The translations under genes and the position numbers were made by a program. A DNA stretch of 64,000 bases from positions 2,480,001 through 2,544,000 of the forward strand of contig OZ281499.1 of assembly GCA_965637545.1 (NCBI GenBank). The letters run 5' to 3'. Of the stretch, positions 55,655 through 64,000 are shown piece after piece (positions within the stretch are counted from its first letter, which is position 1; every line of letters starts with the position of its first letter). The stretch comes from Phallusia mammillata. Taxonomy: Eukaryota. Under the pieces are notes generated by a model. That model worked only from the letters and a program-made list of their open reading frames with translations, searched no databases and was not told the DNA's origin.

Positions 55655-56728
55655 CATAGGCGTCGATTTAGGGGTGACCGGGGTGACATGTCTCCCCTCC
55701 TGAAAAAACAGGGGTGACAACATATGTATTGTCACCCCTGTTTTTGTTTGAAATAAAGTATTGCCAGAAAGACCACATACACGTCTATACCGTAAAGTAG
55801 TTGAAACCGGCTGTTTGTAAGATTGAAGGTCACAATCAATGACAAACGCAAGTGTCTCGTGGTTTGTTACGCAACGTAACAATGGTTGCACTAACAATCG
55901 GCATTGTTATGTGATTGTTTTATTCCCAGTACTGGCTGGTTGTTCAAGTATCTTATATTTGCTTTATGTTAACTGCAGGAATGACTAGTCAAACAAATAT
56001 TATAGGCATTTTTGCAGCCAAAACGCAAGCAACCCTCGAATAAGACGTTGCCAGTTTAATGTTGAGTTGTTTAAAAATCGTCACATACAATGTAAATGAA
56101 CATCTTGAACAATGTTTACTTAATTCCTGTGGCAACTTCACTATCTGTCTGTGCGGAAGTTTGCTATATCTGCAAACTTTGTTTCGTTTGTTTAACCCAG
56201 GGGTCACCAAACTACGGCCCACATTTTTTTGGATTCATAGGATTACAACGCCCAAAATAGACCACAACCAATTTGTTACGTCACAGACGAGACTACAAGT
56301 GTTAATTGTGCGCGAACAATTGCATTATTTTGTTACTTGTGACGTAATATACGAGCATTGCTCGTTAGTTGATGCTAACTATACAATTTAACAGTCGGAT
56401 CACCAGATTTTAAATGGGATTGTAGAAAGACCAAATTTTGGCCCACCTATGAAAATCGCATTGCGGGCTAAGTATGGAAAGACGGCGCTAGAACATGTTA
56501 TAACTATGCGGCTCGCGCGAATCGTTATTAAAGTTATCCGGCCCGCACCCACTGGTTTAAGCGAATAAGGGTCATAACTTAGATCGTGCGCTCGCCAGGA
56601 CAACGGAGCAGTTAACGCAACTGCATTGTGTTCCTAAGATTGTGGGTTTGAACGGCTGATGGATGTTTCCAAAACATGGAAAGGTCTCCCCTAAAATTTT
56701 GCAAATAATTAAAAAATCGACGCCTATG
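55655..56728. mobile_element. hAT (Tip100-like) composite non-autonomous element with a nested second element from ~56199
   Basis: 15-bp TIR cataggcgtcgattt; perfect 8-bp TSD cctatgac; internal caggggtcaccaaactacggccc end. Confidence 0.85.
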
Positions 56729-57034
56729 CCTATGACCACGACGTAAGGTTTCCAGCTGGTTAAGTGGCTTGATGGGTGAAGGTACTTCTTTACATATATA
56801 GGTGAATTGATTGGTACATTCCTGTAAACAATTGTTGATATGTTTAGTTGAAACTGTTTAAATTGGAACCACGTTTATAAGCAGCACTTAATGACTAGAT
56901 TATAGGACTACGACTACTAAATTAAAAGTTTACACTAGCAAAAAAAACATAAATGTGTCATATAGAAAAATCGAATACTAGTGATTATGTAAAAGCGTTT
57001 TTTGCCTAAAATTCAATTTTTTTACTTACCATTT

Positions 57035-58593
57035 TTAGGGACCACGATTATCATTGATTGCGTCTAAAAAGAATTAATCATAGAGTAAAAACTAACCATT
57101 ACACGAAACCAAGGCTTGAAAAACTGTGGTTAAACGTTGCAAATATAGGTCGTTTGCCAATATCACAGTTTTAAGAGGCAATTAAAGGTCTAAGCCAAAA
57201 TAAGCTTTATGCTAGTTTCGTTTCCTGTGGCTCGATTCTTGCTACCAGGTTATTCCTACATGGGCATTTTTTACATCGAAGTTAAAAACTTATGTGCATT
57301 GCATTAATGAATGAATACAATTTTTTTACTGTCAAATCCGAGAGATTTATGATCCATAAGTTTAAGGCAATGTAGAATTTCAAATCTTGTGCATTTGAAT
57401 CACAACCGCACTGAAACCAAAGTGAAGAACAAACCAGCTGACCCCAAAAACTGCAAACTGGCTAAATTGTAGTTCAAAGCAAAAACGAAGTTAAAAAATC
57501 ACAAATTACAAATTTTTGTACAAACACTTACCAATTCTTATTTTTTCCAGATTCCCTAAAAAAATATGTTTTTATCGTAGAGTAAATTTTACTGTTTTTT
57601 AACGAACTAGATACGGAAGTGGAATAGCAAAGCGCAAATAGAATATAAGCAGTGGTGGGATTCAGGCGGTTCGCACCGGTTCTATAAAACCGTCTTACAA
57701 AATTTTATTAGATCAGCAAACCGGTTAGCATTAGGCTACTGGTTACTGTCAATCAACTTTTAGTAACAGAACCGGCTGAAAAATATGACTTTGTGATAGA
57801 ACAGGCTGACAAAAAAAAATGAATCCCACCACTGAATATAAGTAAAATATAATAACGAAGTGGAGGCTGTTAAAATAATTTCAAACCACCAAAGTTTGAA
57901 CTCACCGGCTATGCGTTCCACTGCGTCTAATCGTGCTACAAAAAGACAACGAATTAGTATAGGGCAACTGACTAAAATGCAAAAACAAAAAAATTAATTC
58001 TTACATAATATTTTGTTCAACAAAGCTTCGTCGACTGTACCGATAGGACCAACTGTACCCTTTTGGCCCTTCTTGCCCACAGAACCACCTTCTCCGCGAA
58101 GGCCTTTTTGGCCTTTGGATCCTTGCGAACCAATCGCACCTCTCCCGCCCTTTTGACCTTTCGGACCATTAGAACCGGTTCCTCCGCGAACGCCTTTTTG
58201 ACCTTTGGGATCACGAGAACCAGACGCACCTTTGGTACCTTTTTGGCCTTTGTATCCACCAGAACCGACTGCACCTTTATTTCCTTTTTGACCTTTCAAA
58301 TTTGCGACAGGACCAGGGGAGCCAGTTTCTCCCTTTTCACCTTTGGTACCGTTATTTCCATTGGTTCCAGGCGTACCCGGATCCCCCTTCAGCCCAACTG
58401 GTCCGATTTTACCAGGAGGGCCCCTTAATTTGGGACCAACTTGGTTATTATCACTCGCATAACGCATACGGAAGGTGTTAAAGCTTCTTGAACCTACGGT
58501 GCAGGTTAAGTAGTTGTCTTCTGTTGGCTCAGAAGTTGAACAATAACCAAGTACAAGCAAAAGCGAAAATACAAAGTATACACTATGCATCAC
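57035..58593 (-). CDS. Secreted short collagen-like protein, copy 2 (signal peptide, Gly-X-Y, coiled-coil neck)
   Basis: Exons 58005-58593 and 57906-57935 (SRLDAVERIA) are well supported; 57532-57555 and 57035-57063 (ending in TAA) are tentative. Lys-rich GxKGQK repeats. Confidence 0.75.
57650..57834. mobile_element. hAT MITE; related partial copy at ~22980-23177
   Basis: TIR cagtggtgggattc / gaatcccaccactg; perfect TSD aatataag. Confidence 0.9.
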
Positions 58594-59381
58594 TGTATAT
58601 TACCTGTCGCTGTCTGTTGTACAATCCTACAAAACAAACACTTTTTAAGACGACCCAAATTTACTTCAAGTTTATTAAGTTCAAGTTTTAACAGATCAGC
58701 AGCATTTATGTATCCTTTTGAAAGTAGAAAATACTATAACCTTATATGTATAACCGTTCTTAGACTAACTGACTCTAAAAGTTAATTTGTAGGATTTAAG
58801 TCAACCAACAAATCAGACTACTTTAAATTAGAGCTAATGCGCGATTATGTGATGCTGCAAAAAATCATTCTCAGAATTGCTTTTTAATTGATGTAGTGGA
58901 AGGACAGCATTGCACATGCCAAGAAACGTGCAAAAAATTCGTGAAGGACCGCTAGAAATTATTGGGTATGGAAACAAAAGCTGTAAGTTTGTGAATTGTT
59001 TCTAATTTTAGGTTTTATTCCCTCTAACTATGTGTGAATCGAATTTTACAGAGAGATTGTTGATATCACCCACTAGCTTACTCCACAAGGATAAAGCACT
59101 TGCCGTGTTTTAACAACGTGATTACCAATTTGGTTACAGCGCATTACTGCATTAAGTGGCGGCTGGATGAACAAGTAAACGCAAAAAACACAATAGAGAT
59201 TGTCGAATGTGTCGAGTATGTGTTTGTATTATAAATGAAATACCTTGTGTAAGGCAAACACGTGGTACGAAATTTAAACTAAAAAATGCAATAATACGAA
59301 TTTAATGTTTAATGCGAGGCACTGAATTACATTGGCGGGTTCATGCAGTTTTCAAAAATTATTAACAGTTATAGTATATAC

Positions 59382-59868
59382 CTGGGGTGGCCAAACTGCG
59401 GCTCTGGAGCCGCATGCGTCTCTTTGAGCCTTTGATTGCGGCTCTTTAATGTTGCACATGCAATAACTGCAAAGTTTAGCCAAAAAAAACGTTGTTGAGA
59501 AATAACTGCAAAAAAAGGAAGATAAAAAGGAAAATATAACTTTTAAAACAGAATGTTTGCATTCATTAATAATGGAGGTAAACCTGTGTGTCTTATTTGT
59601 CCAGCTTCGCTCAACCATTACAAAACTAGTGACTTGAAACGTCATTACGAAGCTTAACACAAAAACTTTCCCATCATATCAGCTTAATTTCAAACACCTT
59701 GCAGCCCAGGTGGAGACACAACAGCATCACCACACAACAATCATTATTTGATAGCGTAGATTTCATTGTGAGTGAATAAATTCGTTTCTGATTTTTTGTC
59801 TTGCGGCTCTTTTCAAACAAAGTTTTGTAATATGCGGCTCGAGCATGAAGCAGGTCTGGCCACCCCTG
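59382..59868 (+). mobile_element. Internally deleted Charlie/SPIN-like hAT element retaining a BED-finger fragment
   Basis: TIR c(t/a)ggggtggcca; TSD gtatatac / atatatac; internal FINNGGKPVCLICPASLNHYKTSDLKRHYEA*H. Confidence 0.85.
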
Positions 59869-60903
59869 ATATATACTAACACACAAACTCACAAGGCGAG
59901 CGGTTTGGGCATTTCCGGTAGGTGGAGCAACGGAGCATAGGCGTTTATGGTGACAATAATACAGCAATTTGAAACATGCTGGCTCAGCAATTATTGTCGC
60001 CGTAAACGCCTATGTTCTGTTTCGCCATCTACCGGAAATTCTCAAACCGGACCTTGTGAGTTCATGTGTTAGTAGTTTTACCCACTTAACAAAAGAAAAC
60101 TGCGACGGCTTAATAAGACACAGAAAAATACGCTACGTTCAAATGACAATTATTTAGTGTTGAACTTAGGATATTGGGCAATTTTCCAATTTATATGTGA
60201 TTTAATACTTTAATACTTTAGCATATCAACCACTATACACTGCTTTGTCTTTACCATTATTAAAAAACACAGACAACCAGTTACTGTCGATACAAGATCC
60301 ATAGCCTGCATGTAAGCTACTATTGCACAGAAAGATCCAGTACACAACGAAATGACCCCGTTACGCTACAGAACTGGCAAAAATGTCCATGTGTGCGGTG
60401 ACCAAGACATTGGACTTGGACTTTTTTGCAGAACAAGTTCGATTTTATCCAGTTATTTTTGTTTTGTTTCACATTATGTTGCAAATATTTCCATTTTGAC
60501 AAAAATCTCCATAAATATGTTAATTTTTATGATTATCTTATTTTTTTATTTTCTGTCTTACCGCATTCTAAACGTTATCCATATAATGTGGGCTCATCTG
60601 AAATACAGTAGCCAATTATTTTCAAAATATTAAACTAAGATGGTTTGTCAATACGACGTTTAGAAGGTCAATGAAAGGACTGTAACAAAAAAGTATTATT
60701 ATGACACAATTAGGCTTTGTAACCGTGTTTCTCTACTTCAAGAACCTAAATAAGTTTGTAAAGAGTTTTCACTCTACCTCACGACATACCAAACATTATT
60801 TTTAAATGTTGAACAATACTGGGCTATAAGAAAGACTCAGGCAGAATTTCATGGTGATATTTATGTGTAAATGTTAGTATACATATATATTATACTGAAA
60901 CAC

Positions 60904-62282
60904 GTACAGCACGATTGACAGCCCAATGCTGGTCCAAAGCACGGTGGCAGCCCCACACAAGTTCTGGATCTGTGACGCACGCCATTGACTGGTACTAGTG
61001 CTACAAGCTGACCAACTTGTCCACGATGACCAGCTTCCTTCTGCAAATATAGGTATTGGTTTAAAAATAAATTTTGATGTGACGTCCTCTCTGTAAATTT
61101 GACTAGTTGCTTCGTGTCTGATTCTGTTTGTTTACTGACTATGGTCATCCGAAAATACACGAGAGACCCTAAAACAGGGGCGTGCAACATACGGCCCGCG
61201 ACACCTATTTTCGTGGCCCGCGCAGACTTCAAAGTACTCTATAATTATGAATACTTTTTACTGCTAGAGCATGGAATGTTGCTATTTGTACACCATCACT
61301 GGTATTTTTGACTTTATAAAACGTCACACCGTGATGAGGTTTTATCCACTGTGACGACATATTCCCATTGATGCATCATAGTGTGCATTATGACAGAACT
61401 GCCTTTCTAGCAATGATTTATAGGTGCAGTAAATATATTGACATTTATTCTACGAAAAGGTTAGCAGATATCTCCCATTGATCAAACAGTAACTTGATTG
61501 TGTGCGCTCTGCTATTAAATAAGCTGTTTAAAAAGATATGTGTTGCTTTATTGTCTGGCCCCCAGCATCATTAAAACTGTAAGTTGTGGCCCACTGCGAT
61601 AAACAGTTGCACGCCCCTGCCCTAAAACATCTAAATTACAAAGCTTACTTGCCAATTGCTCCAACGCATTCAATCTTGCTGCAAACAAAACACAAAATTG
61701 GTTTAGGACAATTGGGTTAATACAAAACAGAAAATAGTTTTCACCTATTAAACTTTCCAATAGAGTTTTGTCGACTTCACCAACAGCGCCCTTGCGGCCT
61801 TTGAGACCAACCGAACCAGCTTGGCCTTTTTGACCTTTTGGACCATTAGAACCGGTTCCTCCGCGAACGCCTTTTTGACCTTTAGGACCACGAGAACCAG
61901 GCGCACCTTTTTGGCCTTTGGATCCACCAGAACCGACTGCACCTTTATTTCCTTTTTGACCTTTCGAATCTGTGACACCCAAGAAACTATTTACGACAGG
62001 ACCAGGGGGACCAGTTTCTCCCTTTTCGCCTTTGATACTGTTATTTCCATTGGTTCCAGGCGTACCCGGTTCCCCCTTGAGTCCTACAGGTCCCATTTTT
62101 CCAGGAGGGCCCCTTAATTTGGGACCGACTTGGTTATTATCAATCGCATGACGAATACGAAAGGTATCGAAGCTCCTTGAACCGACAGTACAGGTTAAAT
62201 AGTTGTCTTCTGTTGGCTCAGAAGTTGAACAAGAACCAAGTGCAAGAAAAAGCGAAAATATAAAGTATACACTATGCATCAC
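60904..62282 (-). CDS. Secreted short collagen-like protein, copy 1, with neck and a frameshifted thrombospondin type-1 repeat exon (possible pseudogene)
   Basis: Exons 61745-62282, 61649-61678 (ARLNALEQLA) and 60904-61040 (KGSWSSWTSWSACS, then +1 shift to NGVRHRSRTCVGLPPCFGP). Confidence 0.72.
61175..61619. mobile_element. hAT MITE in collagen copy 1 intron 2
   Basis: TIR caggggcgtgcaac; perfect TSD ccctaaaa. Confidence 0.9.
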
Positions 62283-64000
62283 TGTATATTAGGCTACCTG
62301 TCGCTGTCTGTTGTATAATCCTAAATAACAAATACTTTTTGAAGACGACCCAAATTTACACATTTTCATAACTTCAAGTTAAGTTAATTTTGTATTGTTT
62401 CAGCACCATTTTAATTTTATTTGGTAGGCATAAACAATTCCTAAGTTACAACCTTGCATATATAGGCCTAATTTATTTTGAATTTCTAAACCCAACTGCC
62501 TTTAAAAGTTAGTTTGTACGATTTAAGGCAACCAACTGTCGCGAATATAATTAACTCAAACAAACTGCGTTTTACGGTGTAGCTGCAGCGCATTTAGCCA
62601 TTATTAACCAATTGTACCTTTTATTATTTTGCGCCCCATACCGTTTTTCACCTTGCTTGTGATTGTTTAAGTGCTATGTTGTGTTTATTTCAACAAGCAA
62701 AACAAACTCAATTCAACTACATCAAAGATCCCGTGATCATCTACTGACCAATAGGCTACTCATTCAAAAATTGCTTTTGACTGATGTGATGTATCGCAAT
62801 TGGACATGCCAAGAAACGTGCAAAAAGTTCGTGAAGCAAAAAAGACCTTGCAAACTCTTGTGAACTGTTCACTCTTACGTTTGTTGCTTGTCCGCGTCCG
62901 TTAGATCTATGCATATTATACAGAATTTTAATACAATAGCATAGCAAGCGTGCCCTTTGAGGCTGTGTTTAAAATTTACAATCTTTGAAAATAAAAATTG
63001 TAGGTAACTTTACACTAATAGTCATATGGGTTCAATTTCAGCATGAACTGGGGTGGTGCCAACGATTTAGTTGGCCAGAAAGGTAAAACATTTTACTTAA
63101 TACTGGTAATTATACCTAGTTTACGTTTAGCTGGCCTGGCGAAGCATTTTTAACGCTCTTCTGAAAATCTAAAAGCAAGATAATTTTTTTCACACAATGT
63201 CCATGTAATCACAAACGTACGAACACAACCAACACGCACGCGTATCATGTATCAGGCTGCTGTTACGAAATTAGATTTAGATTCTCACGAGCCTTGTTTT
63301 GTTTTTCTTATTGTGTTGTATATTCAAGGTTGAAATATGTCGCCTAATCCGTGTAAATACGCCGAATTGGTTTTGCGGGCTTAAACGCCGATGGAATAGG
63401 CCCATTCAGTCCGACTGTTACTTTAAGCGTAGTTTGCCTAAAAAGTTGCAGGAATTCTTGTAGTGAAAATAAGGCTTAGGTTTTGGGTATAAAATCCAAG
63501 ACAAAAATCATTTCACTACGAGTAAAACGCGCGATACCATCGATACAAACGACATTAAGAGAAATTAAAGTTATCGTCAGTAACTATACACGACTCCAAG
63601 ATGAAGTACAACTGAAAAAAACATACATATTGGAGTTTTGAAAAGAAAAAAGACTTTCAGCGAGCTTAATTGAAAAAAGCTTTGACATGATGCATCCAAG
63701 CTCTTTGGTTAAAGAATTAATTTGGTTGAAACCTTTTGTGGGCAGGCATAATTGAGAGTTGTAAGGCAGGCACCAGTTTTTTAAAAAAAACAGGCTTGAT
63801 TCCAGCTTGTATATACACTTGGGGTTCTTTGTGCTATAATTTTACTAACTTTCGTGCTAATTCTTACAAATTACTGGTTCGAGCCGGATTACAGGTTTGT
63901 AGTTTCGGAATTTGGTCTCAATTTTGGACCCGTTTACCACTCTGCATGGCACGGATCCGCTTGGTGAAGCAAATCCAGTTTTTCTGCGAAAGAAACTTGA

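Noticed and set aside
58017-62117. Alternative-frame and antisense ORFs over the collagen exons
   Set aside because: Artefacts of the Gly-X-Y codon periodicity.

Overview
Eukaryotic, intron-rich animal DNA. It is probably an invertebrate chordate such as an ascidian, but that is an inference from gene style and cannot be proven here. The window opens with the 3' end of an intact-looking BEL/Pao LTR retrotransposon, joined to a 5'-incomplete Penelope-like element (RT + GIY-YIG) that carries a minimal hammerhead ribozyme. Three chromatin genes follow, each assembled by hand into phase-consistent exon chains: DNAJC9 (+, 5 exons, 258 aa), a KAT6A/B (MOZ/MORF)-type acetyltransferase (-, 25 coding exons, 2619 aa) and PARG (+, 15 exons, 695 aa). 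The window ends with two tandem secreted short-collagen genes (-). The most striking non-coding signal is two further dispersed families of small, non-coding, hammerhead-ribozyme-bearing retroelements (about 12 copies). They show 9-14 bp target-site duplications and Penelope-style inverted ends, and the intact full-size ribozymes lie only antisense to host genes. Many 8-bp-TSD hAT MITEs and a Tigger-like MITE family fill the introns.
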